A DNA stretch of 64,000 nt from NCBI GenBank assembly GCA_000004985.1, contig GG738880.1; one strand, given 5' to 3'. The stretch is from Naegleria gruberi (Eukaryota). Shown one piece after another: positions 46,650 to 58,400 of the stretch. The notes below the pieces were generated by a model. It did no database searches and was not told the DNA's origin. It saw only the letters and a list, made by a program, of their open reading frames with translations. Made by a program: the position numbers and the translations under genes. Numbering within the stretch: the first letter of the stretch is position 1; every line of letters begins with the position of its first letter.

Positions 46650-48690
46650 CATCATGTGAAAAACAATAAAAACATGAAAATATAAGATATCCACGATTTT
46701 CACAAATTATGCTACAAGACTCGAAATTATACATTCAACAACATAATAAACATTATGAATTGTTGTTTTATTGTTGTTTGATTTGTAATTGGGCTATGAA
46801 TCAACTCTGTAGCATGAAATATCGGAACTTGGTAAATTGACAACATGATGAAAATCTGATAATAAATACCTCTCCTACCTACTATTGACCATTCCGAACA
46901 ATAATACATTGACACTTTTCCAACTTGTCCAGTAGATCCAGCAGTGATGATGAATTTAGTGAAAATTTTGACATTTCACCAAAATTACATTGCTAAAAAT
47001 TAATTTCCACAAATACTATTATTATATTGATGGAAAACAATAATGATGATGGTTGGTGAATGATCCGATGATGGAACACCAACTTGGGATTTTCCAGCAT
47101 GAAAAATAAATTCCAATTTCATGATGATAATGAACCAATAAAAATTACTATTATTATTACTATATAGATCATGTTGAGATGATGATGTGAAAGTTTGGTG
47201 GTTTCATGATGTAAAACCACTCCGAAAATCATGATGTCCTCCTTGAGTAGAAGAATGTTGAATATTTTTTTATGAAGTTTTTGTGAGAATGGCGTAGCAG
47301 TTGTATTATTGGTGAAGTTATGGTCTATGTCTTTCAAAATTAAGTCCATCATGATGATAATCCACTAATAAAATTACTACTATTCAGATCATGTTGAGGG
47401 GTTCGATTTATCTCTTGTTTTACTGTAACAAGTATTGCGCCCAAAATTGTTAAGGTACTTCCCGTGTGCTAAACTCAAGCTCCAAAAAAATGTTTGAAAA
47501 TAAGCCACTAACAAACATGCAAGATATTAACTCTGGAAAAGATTATTTAGCGAGTAAAAGAAGGAAGGAATGATGTTATCGGAGAAGGAATTTATCAGTG
47601 ATGATATTGAAATTAATGATAACACAAAAGCTACATCTTCAAAAACACTTTTCAATATTTCATCACCTTCGTTTAGGAAGAGATTGGAACTGGGAGAGGA
47701 TGTGCCATTCTCCAATAATTTTAATAATAATGTAAATAATTCAAACAATATTGAAAAACAACAAACGGAAACAAGTTCATCATCAACTACAACAACACCG
47801 AGACCATCATTCATCAAAGCACCTTCATTACCTTCATTATCTTTTCCTATTAAGAAAAGTTCATCAGTTTCTGATGATGTTAAAGAGATTGAATCTAAAT
47901 TGAATGCTAATTGCAAGAATGGTGTGGAAAGGGCAATGTTATACATGTTGGCAAACCGATTGAATGTCAAGTTGTTGATTGGAGTTCTATTTGTGTTATC
48001 TTTTTTAAATAGCCTTAAAACATTAAGTTTTAATCAGAATATTTTGAGTATTGTCCTATTTCTTGTTCAATTATATACTAACTATCATAGGAAGAATATT
48101 GATATGGCCATGTCCTATGAGGAGACTTTTAAAAGATTGGATGGGCAGGAAATGCAGAGAATGGTTGTTTCCTTGGTTCTCTACACAACCAGAATACTAT
48201 TCCTTCCCGAACATAACATGATGTTTATTCCAGTTCTTTTCCTTTGGTTTGCTGGAGCTAACAAGTTGTACATTTACTCAACTTTTCATGGGCTATTCCC
48301 AACATTTTACACAAGCTTTCTCTACATTATGTGTGCTTGCTACCATTCGTACCATGAGTATATTTTGAATGGATACTCTGCTCGATTCATTGGAATCATT
48401 GAGCAATATACAGTTATGACTGGCTGTGTTTGGATGTTCTCCTATTATTTTATTAATGTGACTGGTTATTTGAAACACAAGGTAGATAAATTGCAAGACA
48501 CTAGAAAAAGGTTGGAATCAGCATTAGACGCTCGTAGTCGTTTCATGGCCCATATTTCACACGAGTTTAGATGTCCAATAATGTCAAGTATAGGGTGCTT
48601 GGAGTTGTTAAAAGAAACTCCATTGAATGAAAAACAAAATGATTTGGTTGACACAATTGTTTCTTCAAATAGTGTTCTTTTGCTTTGATG
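46650..48690. repeat. Segmental duplication unit A (HK promoter region + 5' CDS); paralogous to 48741..50184
   Basis: Direct alignment by eye shows 46650.. matching 48741.. at a roughly constant offset of 2091 nt. After a ~145-bp insertion unique to copy B (48958..49105) the offset becomes 2235 nt. The identity is ~98-99%, with 2-nt and 6-nt indels in the CDS. Confidence 0.8.
47490..48688 (+). CDS. Hybrid histidine kinase, copy A, 5' part (sensor/TM region + HisKA), truncated by scaffold gap
   Basis: ORF 47570..48688 has hydrophobic helices, then ..RSRFMAHISHEFRCPIMSSIGCLELLKETPLNEKQNDLVDTIVSSNSVLL. This is a HisKA H-box with the phospho-accepting His. The sequence runs into the N-gap at 48691. 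The upstream ATG at 47490 (MFENKPLTNMQD..) is put out of frame by a 2-nt indel relative to copy B. Confidence 0.6.
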
Positions 48691-48740
48691 NNNNNNNNNN
48701 NNNNNNNNNNNNNNNNNNNNNNNNNNNNNNNNNNNNNNNN
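48691..48740. other. Assembly gap (50 N) between duplication units A and B
   Basis: Run of N. Confidence 1.
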
Positions 48741-50184
48741 CATCATGTGAAAACAATAAAAACATGAAAATATAAGATATCCACGATTTTCACAAATTTT
48801 GTTACAAGACTCGAAATTATACATTCAACAACATAATAAACATTATGAATTGTTGTTTTATTGTTGTTTGATTTGTAATTGGGCTATGAATCAACTCTGG
48901 TAGCATCAAATATCGGAACTTGGTAAATTGACAACATGATGAAAATCTGATAATAAATATGATGTTTATTATCTATTTAAATAGTAGTACTAAAAGACAT
49001 GATTCAAGTTGGTGAAGTACATGTTGAGTTATGGTCCATGTACTTTTTAAAAATTCACATGTACCTATCCCTATCATAACTTGACCAAAATTGATAAGAG
49101 AAAGTTCTCCTACCTACTATTGACCATTCCGAACAATAATACATTGACACTTTTCCAACTTGTCCAGTAGATCCAGCAGTGATGATGAATTTAGTGAAAA
49201 TTTTGACATTTCACCAAAATTACATTGCTAAAAATTAATTTCCACAAATACTATTATTATATTGATGGAAAACAATAATGATGATGGTTGGTGAATGATC
49301 CGATGATGGAACACCAACTTGGGATTTTCCAGCATGAAAAATAAATTCCAATTTCATGATGATAATGAACCAATAAAAATTACTATTATTATTACTATAT
49401 AGATCATGTTGAGATGATGATGTGAAAGTTTGGTGGTTTCATGATGTAAAACCACTCCGAAAATCATGATGTCCTCCTTGAGTAGAAGAATGTTGAATAT
49501 TTTTTTATGAAGTTTTTGTGAGAATGGCGTAGCAGTTGTATTATTGGTGAAGTTATGGTCTATGTCTTTCAAAATTAAGTCCATCATGATGATAATCCAC
49601 TAATAAAATTACTACTATTCAGATCATGTTGAGGGGTTCGATTTATCTCTTGTTTTACTGTAACAAGTATTGCGCCCAAAATTGTTAAGGTACTTCCCGT
49701 GTGCTAAACTCAAGCTCCAAAAAAATGTTTGAAAATAAGCCACTAACAAACATGCAAGATATTAACTCTGGAAAAGATTATTTAGCGAGTAAGAAGGAAG
49801 GAATGATGTTATCGGAGAAGGAATTTATCAGTGATGATATTGAAATTAATGATAACACAAAAGCTACTTCTTCAAAAACACTTTTCAATATTTCATCACC
49901 TTCGTTTAGGAAGAGATTGGAACTGGGAGAGGATGTACATGTGCCATTCTCCAATAATTTTAATAATAATGTAAATAATTCAAACAATATTGAAAAACAA
50001 CAAACGGAAACAAGTTCATCATCAACTACAACAACACCGAGACCATCATTCATCAAAGCACCATCATTACCTTCATTATCTTTTCCTATTAAGAAAAGTT
50101 CATCAGTTTCTGATGATGTTAAAGAGATTGAATCCAAATTGAATGCTAATTGCAAGAATGGTGTGGAAAGGGCAATGTTATACA
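48741..50184. repeat. Segmental duplication unit B (bounded by N-gaps on both sides)
   Basis: See unit A. The identical small ORFs 47119..47352 and 49354..49587 are part of this duplication. Confidence 0.8.
49725..50184 (+). CDS. Hybrid histidine kinase, copy B, N-terminal fragment, truncated by scaffold gap
   Basis: This fragment is ~98-99% identical to 47490..47950. The ATG at 49725 follows an A7 run and is in frame through MMLSEKEF... It has a 6-nt insertion (..EDVHVPFS..) relative to copy A and ends at the N-gap at 50185. Confidence 0.55.
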
Positions 50185-50569
50185 NNNNNNNNNNNNNNNN
50201 NNNNNNNNNNNNNNNNNNNNNNNNNNNNNNNNNNNNNNNNNNNNNNNNNNNNNNNNNNNNNNNNNNNNNNNNNNNNNNNNNNNNNNNNNNNNNNNNNNNN
50301 NNNNNNNNNNNNNNNNNNNNNNNNNNNNNNNNNNNNNNNNNNNNNNNNNNNNNNNNNNNNNNNNNNNNNNNNNNNNNNNNNNNNNNNNNNNNNNNNNNNN
50401 NNNNNNNNNNNNNNNNNNNNNNNNNNNNNNNNNNNNNNNNNNNNNNNNNNNNNNNNNNNNNNNNNNNNNNNNNNNNNNNNNNNNNNNNNNNNNNNNNNNN
50501 NNNNNNNNNNNNNNNNNNNNNNNNNNNNNNNNNNNNNNNNNNNNNNNNNNNNNNNNNNNNNNNNNNNNN
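50185..50569. other. Assembly gap (385 N) inside HK copy B
   Basis: Run of N. Confidence 1.
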
Positions 50570-51492
50570 ATGGCAAGTGTCAAGACCTGTCACATTGATG
50601 AAAAAAATGAATAGAGAAGATGTTCTTCTAATGTTGCATGATAAACCGAATGAAAATGCAAATAGCTTGTTTGAACTATTGAAAATTAGAATGATGACAA
50701 GCAAAACCTCTAAAATTTCAAATCAATTTACAAAAGCAATTCGTATTGATAATTGTAAACATGTGGAAACGCTTGGAACGCCAAATAAGTATGGAAAGCC
50801 TGCACGAGGACTCAACAACAAATTCTTCTTCAATATTCCGATGGATATTACTATTTCATACAGGCACGAAACAATTTATGTTTGCGACTACAAAAATTAC
50901 AAAATTCAAACATTTGATTTGGCTACCAAACAATTTATCACTTCAATTTCGACAATTCCGACGTGCTTTATCTACATTCAAGTGGACGATCAATTTGATC
51001 AATTATTTGGATTAGGATTTGATCGTTCCTTATATGTGGGAAAATTTGAGAAACCAAGTAAGGGAAGAGGTGGATTAAGTTTTGCAAGTTTGGAACGATT
51101 GAAAATGTCAGTAATGGAAGAATGTGGTCAATTTTCAAAGATTTGTTTGGATAGAGAAATGGGGAGATTATACTTTATGGAAAATTCAAGGCAATTCAGA
51201 ATTGGAGTATTGAGAACGATGGATTTGAGTATTGTAAATTTGATGCAAGTTGATTTTGATGAACAAGATCCAAGTGATGGGGACAAAATATTGTATTTGG
51301 ATGGAAGAGGCAATTTATGTATTCTTTCGTTCCCTCTTGTTAAAAGCATTCCCTTGTCAATTGTGAATTCAAGGAAACAAGCTCACTTTGGCCAATTTGA
51401 AACATTATTGAGTTTACAGAAAAGATTTCCAATGTGTTCAAGATAGTAACTGAGAAATCATCTGGGAATATATTAATTTCTATACCAATTCC
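50570..51492. repeat. Duplicated block carrying the NHL-propeller gene (copy 1); paralogous to 62455..63382
   Basis: tggcaagtgtcaagacctgtca[c/a]attgatgaaaaaaatgaatagagaagatg.. is shared between the two copies. Identity is ~97% apart from the inverted segment. Confidence 0.8.
50607..51446 (+). CDS. NHL-repeat-like beta-propeller protein (copy 1, intact)
   Basis: 279-aa ORF with the ATG after A7. It has repeated blade-like motifs (ETIYVCDYKNYKIQTFDL, RLYFMENSRQFRIGVLRTMDL, ILYLDGRGNLCILSFPL). It lies immediately 3' of the histidine-kinase block in both duplicated copies. Confidence 0.5.
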   Translation: MNREDVLLMLHDKPNENANSLFELLKIRMMTSKTSKISNQFTKAIRIDNCKHVETLGTPNKYGKPARGLNNKFFFNIPMDITISYRHETIYVCDYKNYKIQTFDLATKQFITSISTIPTCFIYIQVDDQFDQLFGLGFDRSLYVGKFEKPSKGRGGLSFASLERLKMSVMEECGQFSKICLDREMGRLYFMENSRQFRIGVLRTMDLSIVNLMQVDFDEQDPSDGDKILYLDGRGNLCILSFPLVKSIPLSIVNSRKQAHFGQFETLLSLQKRFPMCSR

Positions 51493-51638
51493 TTTAACAT
51501 CAACTCCTATTACCATTCAAAAAGGTCATCATCAAACATGGATCTTTCATTCTGCTTCTGGAATGGAAATTAATGAAATTGAAGGTGAATTATTAATTGT
51601 AGAAAAGAAATCCTTCACTATTAAAATATTCAAATAAT

Positions 51639-54202
51639 TTACATGTAATCTACAACAGTTGTATGAGGTGGATAAACTTCCTGAACTTGATTGTTGACAG
51701 TTGAATAATATTGCTTGAACAATTCAAATCTGGTGTTCTTTCCAGAAGATTCCAATATGTGAGCAAAATACCCAATGCTCTTAATCAATTTTCTGGCAGG
51801 ATACGATTTGATGTATTCATCATTTTGAACAACAGCTGTCAAATTAGCTTCATAATCTCTGAGCATGTTAATAATTTCATCATTATTCAACCCTTCAAAG
51901 TTCTTGTCATAGAAGAAATATTTTCCAAACTCTGAGAATTTCTGATTTGCCTTTTGCTGTTCCAACTCGTACATCCATTCTTGAAATTTTGTTACAATTT
52001 TTGTAAACCTTTCAACTTACCATCACCTTCAATAGTATTTTCCTTTTCAACTTCATAAACAACCGAAACTTTTCCTTCTTGTGAATTTTCAACAACTTCC
52101 ATCAACTTGTCAACTGGTCTGGATACAAACTTTTTCAGAGTTGACTCATCCATTGTTCCCTCATCAGCCAACACATCACATCTCAAGTCGTCTGCCAAAA
52201 AAGCAAGTTTTTCAGCATTGATAGGAACTGAACCAACAACAGAAAATGTTCTAAATGAACTAGTTCCCAAATTTCCTGCATAGCACTTTCCACTACTGAC
52301 TCCAATGGCACATCTGATATGGGTTTTCGATGTTTCATTGATTGTTACTAATAATTTTCTCAATTTCAAAGCAGCTTCCAAAGCCAAAACATTTGACGAT
52401 TTTCGACCATTTCCTTCCACAGACGAAACATAAATCTGATAATCATCCACAGTAATAACTTGAAAATCACCTTGTATAGATTTAGAAACAGCACTCAACC
52501 CAGAAACAATCTTTGAAAATATGTGTCCAATATCAGCAACATTCAAATCTGTTGAAAAATCAATTAATTTGATTCTTACAACTGCTCCTTGTTTACAATT
52601 CAGACCAATTTTGAAAAGAGAATTTCCCACTTCTTGAACTTTGGATGCCATTGAGGAAGTTCTTGAACTATTGTTACTAAAATGACGACTTCCATGAGAT
52701 TCCAAATCTATTGAGGCAGCATCACTATTCGAAACTGGGTGATTCTTATGTTTCTTTGATTTGGTGTTGGCTTGGGATTCATCTGTTTTTTTGGTATTTT
52801 CTTCTTTCATATTTCTCAATTGTAAAAATACACTTTCTGGAATAAATGTCTTAATTTCGTTTAACCATACTGTCATTTCATATAAATAAAGGTAAATCAA
52901 ATCGACTTCTTTAAACTTGCTTGCAGTAATATTCACCTGATCTAGTTCCATAGTTTTGATTTTCATAAATTCTCTTTCTAAAATTGTAAATGGATTTGTG
53001 ACAATGTGTCCAATAGTGATAGACATGATTACACCAACAATGATAATCAAAATGGTAATACCAACAGATACTCCAGTTGTAATATTTGTTACCATTTCAA
53101 CTTCTTGCTTATCAACCACAATGAAAACATTCCATTCCAAGTTGACCAATGTGAAATTTGACTTTACAATGAAAAAACCATCAAAGTCAATAAAAATTGG
53201 TGTGTTAGTCCACCCCTTATAATTCTGATAAACCCTGTTCAATAAACTTCCAGAACCCTTATCAATCAAGTCAAATAACGAAACTCTAGAACTTCCATCC
53301 AAAGCAGTAGTATTGATATTTCCACCAATGACAAGATTATTGGTTTCTGCCACAATCACATAACCACTAGTGAGTACTTGTACTGTTTTCAAAAAGCTTT
53401 CAATAATTCTCAATGAAATATTCGTTTTTGTAATGCCAACTACCTTTTTAATTCCATTGCTATAATAGGTAGGATCATATAATTTGGCACAATAGTAAGT
53501 TGTATAACTTGGATTGCCAGGAATTGCATAAGGAATGCCGAATACACCATCTAATCCCAAAGAGGAATAAAAACCAAAAGTAGTTTTCCAATAACTTTGA
53601 GCATTCACTTCATAATTAGGAGATGCCTTGACCAGTGACTTGGCAGTTGTGTTAGGAGTTGAAGTATCCAATGAAATTGCATATAACATAAATTCAGTCG
53701 TTGGTGTATGATACCAAACAACAATTTCATTGGGTGGAGCTCCGTAAACATTGACACTGTCAAGACTGTCATTAAAAAATAAACCAATTCCGTATGGCTT
53801 GAAAGTGTTGTAATATTTGTAAAGATAGGCAAGCGATGGTTGACGAGGAACAAGTCCTAAATTGTAATCCTCAGCCATTGACTCAGTTGCTGAAATATAA
53901 GGTTTCAGTTGACCGTTCATATAGTTCAGTACTGAACCACTGATGGTATGCATCAATTGAGTTGATAAGGAACTCAGGGCTTCTCGAGATCCTATGAAAG
54001 AAGATAACCAAATTAAAATTGAACAGCAAACTAATAGAGAAGTGATTAGAATAATGATAAATGTTCTAACCGAAATGATTCCACCACATGTTGTTGGTTT
54101 GATTGGAGCTATTTTGGTTTTCTCCTCGGTTTCGTCTTCGTTGAGGAGAGGATTTTGTTCTTTGAGACTGTCTAGGGATGCTGTGAATGGTTGTATTTTC
54201 AT
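51639..54202 (-). CDS. Receptor-like 2-TM membrane protein with cyclase-homology-like cytoplasmic domain (paralog 2); 2 exons (52021..54202, 51639..51979)
   Basis: 736-aa ORF plus a 111-aa ORF joined by a 41-nt intron (51980..52020). The donor is GTAAGT and the acceptor is ..TTTCAAG, at phase 1. The junction ..TIEGDG-E-WMYELEQQKAN.. aligns with the contiguous ..VAQDEWLYELDNLNSN.. of paralog 1. The cytoplasmic region is ..VVRIKLIDFSTDL..ITVDDYQIYV..IRCAIGVSSGKCYAGNLGTSSFRTFSVVGSVPINAEKLAFLADDL. Both putative metal-binding Asp positions appear retained. Confidence 0.55.
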
Positions 54203-55452
54203 GATTAGTTTTGAATAGTTTTTTTAAAAATTTGAAATCATTTGAAAGGTAGTTTGATTCAATCTCGTTTGAAAATTTAGAAATCTCACCACATATGCGT
54301 TTATGGTGGAGATAACAACAATTACCTGTTTGAATATTTCCTTAACTTCTCCATTCTATTCACAACCCATCATATACTGTTAACTTTAAACGAAAATTTA
54401 CAGCGCTCATTTAGAATGATTCAACTCTGTTCCCATCACTTGATGTTAAACAACCAAATGTTTTTTCTACTTTGAAAGAGAATCTTCCTTAAAATTCGAT
54501 AGGTGACAGAAATAAAAGGGTGTAGGTGTAAAAACGTCTCTTGTATCAATAACGACCTGAGAGAACAATAGGTGACAGAAAAGAAAAAGATGTTGTTGCA
54601 TTTCAGCTATCTCCCTTGATTTTTTTTGCTATAGTAAATTCGTTTATTTAAACATAGTTGTTTGGTAAATTACTTAGTGAAGATTCATATCATTGATTAT
54701 ATTTCTTATCGTCTATTAATGATGTAAATATGATGTTTTCATTTCTTATATCTGTGGTCAGGTTCTCGGCGCATTTTTGTGATGCTTCCAAAAAACATGG
54801 AATGCTCCCAAAGCTGATTTACCTGTAGGGGTAATTGGATGCGCCAATAACACCGATTTATTACTTAAGCAAATTCACTCAACTTCAACAAAGCGTATCT
54901 CAATAACAACACTGGATGTTAGAGAAACATACCGTATGGTCATTATTAATTATGTTAACAATCATAATATCAAGTTTGTTACAGATTTGGCTCTTTACTT
55001 ATCGAGAAAAGTGATTTCAAAATTTTCATATGTGGTAGTAAGACGAGCATGTTTTCTTGGTTAATACAAATAACTGATATTCAATAAAACAGAATCTTGT
55101 AGAAAACATCAATTAGAACAAGAATAATAAATAATATTTTTATTTCACTAAGTATTAAATTTAATATTTCCTTTTTTGTAAGGAGCATTGCAAAAATACG
55201 GGAAAAACATTTCCACAGATATTGATAGATATTTAAAGGTTAAGGATAACGGTCAAATTGAGTTGAATGGAAGTGAATATTGAGATATGTATACTACTGT
55301 TGAAGAAGTATCACCTTCACTATAATTACTGACATGAGTATAACAATTGAACATATGATTCCTGTATCAATAATTCATTATTCAATGATTTTGATATGAT
55401 GGGGTTGGATTAGATATCCACTTTTGGGTTTGGATCCCATGTCAACCCCTAT

Positions 55453-58400
55453 NNNNNNNNNNNNNNNNNNNNNNNNNNNNNNNNNNNNNNNNNNNNNNNN
55501 NNNNNNNNNNNNNNNNNNNNNNNNNNNNNNNNNNNNNNNNNNNNNNNNNNNNNNNNNNNNNNNNNNNNNNNNNNNNNNNNNNNNNNNNNNNNNNNNNNNN
55601 NNNNNNNNNNNNNNNNNNNNNNNNNNNNNNNNNNNNNNNNNNNNNNNNNNNNNNNNNNNNNNNNNNNNNNNNNNNNNNNNNNNNNNNNNNNNNNNNNNNN
55701 NNNNNNNNNNNNNNNNNNNNNNNNNNNNNNNNNNNNNNNNNNNNNNNNNNNNNNNNNNNNNNNNNNNNNNNNNNNNNNNNNNNNNNNNNNNNNNNNNNNN
55801 NNNNNNNNNNNNNNNNNNNNNNNNNNNNNNNNNNNNNNNNNNNNNNNNNNNNNNNNNNNNNNNNNNNNNNNNNNNNNNNNNNNNNNNNNNNNNNNNNNNN
55901 NNNNNNNNNNNNNNNNNNNNNNNNNNNNNNNNNNNNNNNNNNNNNNNNNNNNNNNNNNNNNNNNNNNNNNNNNNNNNNNNNNNNNNNNNNNNNNNNNNNN
56001 NNNNNNNNNNNNNNNNNNNNNNNNNNNNNNNNNNNNNNNNNNNNNNNNNNNNNNNNNNNNNNNNNNNNNNNNNNNNNNNNNNNNNNNNNNNNNNNNNNNN
56101 NNNNNNNNNNNNNNNNNNNNNNNNNNNNNNNNNNNNNNNNNNNNNNNNNNNNNNNNNNNNNNNNNNNNNNNNNNNNNNNNNNNNNNNNNNNNNNNNNNNN
56201 NNNNNNNNNNNNNNNNNNNNNNNNNNNNNNNNNNNNNNNNNNNNNNNNNNNNNNNNNNNNNNNNNNNNNNNNNNNNNNNNNNNNNNNNNNNNNNNNNNNN
56301 NNNNNNNNNNNNNNNNNNNNNNNNNNNNNNNNNNNNNNNNNNNNNNNNNNNNNNNNNNNNNNNNNNNNNNNNNNNNNNNNNNNNNNNNNNNNNNNNNNNN
56401 NNNNNNNNNNNNNNNNNNNNNNNNNNNNNNNNNNNNNNNNNNNNNNNNNNNNNNNNNNNNNNNNNNNNNNNNNNNNNNNNNNNNNNNNNNNNNNNNNNNN
56501 NNNNNNNNNNNNNNNNNNNNNNNNNNNNNNNNNNNNNNNNNNNNNNNNNNNNNNNNNNNNNNNNNNNNNNNNNNNNNNNNNNNNNNNNNNNNNNNNNNNN
56601 NNNNNNNNNNNNNNNNNNNNNNNNNNNNNNNNNNNNNNNNNNNNNNNNNNNNNNNNNNNNNNNNNNNNNNNNNNNNNNNNNNNNNNNNNNNNNNNNNNNN
56701 NNNNNNNNNNNNNNNNNNNNNNNNNNNNNNNNNNNNNNNNNNNNNNNNNNNNNNNNNNNNNNNNNNNNNNNNNNNNNNNNNNNNNNNNNNNNNNNNNNNN
56801 NNNNNNNNNNNNNNNNNNNNNNNNNNNNNNNNNNNNNNNNNNNNNNNNNNNNNNNNNNNNNNNNNNNNNNNNNNNNNNNNNNNNNNNNNNNNNNNNNNNN
56901 NNNNNNNNNNNNNNNNNNNNNNNNNNNNNNNNNNNNNNNNNNNNNNNNNNNNNNNNNNNNNNNNNNNNNNNNNNNNNNNNNNNNNNNNNNNNNNNNNNNN
57001 NNNNNNNNNNNNNNNNNNNNNNNNNNNNNNNNNNNNNNNNNNNNNNNNNNNNNNNNNNNNNNNNNNNNNNNNNNNNNNNNNNNNNNNNNNNNNNNNNNNN
57101 NNNNNNNNNNNNNNNNNNNNNNNNNNNNNNNNNNNNNNNNNNNNNNNNNNNNNNNNNNNNNNNNNNNNNNNNNNNNNNNNNNNNNNNNNNNNNNNNNNNN
57201 NNNNNNNNNNNNNNNNNNNNNNNNNNNNNNNNNNNNNNNNNNNNNNNNNNNNNNNNNNNNNNNNNNNNNNNNNNNNNNNNNNNNNNNNNNNNNNNNNNNN
57301 NNNNNNNNNNNNNNNNNNNNNNNNNNNNNNNNNNNNNNNNNNNNNNNNNNNNNNNNNNNNNNNNNNNNNNNNNNNNNNNNNNNNNNNNNNNNNNNNNNNN
57401 NNNNNNNNNNNNNNNNNNNNNNNNNNNNNNNNNNNNNNNNNNNNNNNNNNNNNNNNNNNNNNNNNNNNNNNNNNNNNNNNNNNNNNNNNNNNNNNNNNNN
57501 NNNNNNNNNNNNNNNNNNNNNNNNNNNNNNNNNNNNNNNNNNNNNNNNNNNNNNNNNNNNNNNNNNNNNNNNNNNNNNNNNNNNNNNNNNNNNNNNNNNN
57601 NNNNNNNNNNNNNNNNNNNNNNNNNNNNNNNNNNNNNNNNNNNNNNNNNNNNNNNNNNNNNNNNNNNNNNNNNNNNNNNNNNNNNNNNNNNNNNNNNNNN
57701 NNNNNNNNNNNNNNNNNNNNNNNNNNNNNNNNNNNNNNNNNNNNNNNNNNNNNNNNNNNNNNNNNNNNNNNNNNNNNNNNNNNNNNNNNNNNNNNNNNNN
57801 NNNNNNNNNNNNNNNNNNNNNNNNNNNNNNNNNNNNNNNNNNNNNNNNNNNNNNNNNNNNNNNNNNNNNNNNNNNNNNNNNNNNNNNNNNNNNNNNNNNN
57901 NNNNNNNNNNNNNNNNNNNNNNNNNNNNNNNNNNNNNNNNNNNNNNNNNNNNNNNNNNNNNNNNNNNNNNNNNNNNNNNNNNNNNNNNNNNNNNNNNNNN
58001 NNNNNNNNNNNNNNNNNNNNNNNNNNNNNNNNNNNNNNNNNNNNNNNNNNNNNNNNNNNNNNNNNNNNNNNNNNNNNNNNNNNNNNNNNNNNNNNNNNNN
58101 NNNNNNNNNNNNNNNNNNNNNNNNNNNNNNNNNNNNNNNNNNNNNNNNNNNNNNNNNNNNNNNNNNNNNNNNNNNNNNNNNNNNNNNNNNNNNNNNNNNN
58201 NNNNNNNNNNNNNNNNNNNNNNNNNNNNNNNNNNNNNNNNNNNNNNNNNNNNNNNNNNNNNNNNNNNNNNNNNNNNNNNNNNNNNNNNNNNNNNNNNNNN
58301 NNNNNNNNNNNNNNNNNNNNNNNNNNNNNNNNNNNNNNNNNNNNNNNNNNNNNNNNNNNNNNNNNNNNNNNNNNNNNNNNNNNNNNNNNNNNNNNNNNNN

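Noticed and set aside
47119-47352. Identical 77-aa ORFs at 47119..47352 and 49354..49587 (and related 46498..46915 ORFs)
   Set aside because: They lie in the AT-rich region upstream of the duplicated HK gene. The identity merely reflects the segmental duplication. The sequences are Ile/Met/His-rich, as AT-rich non-coding DNA is when translated.
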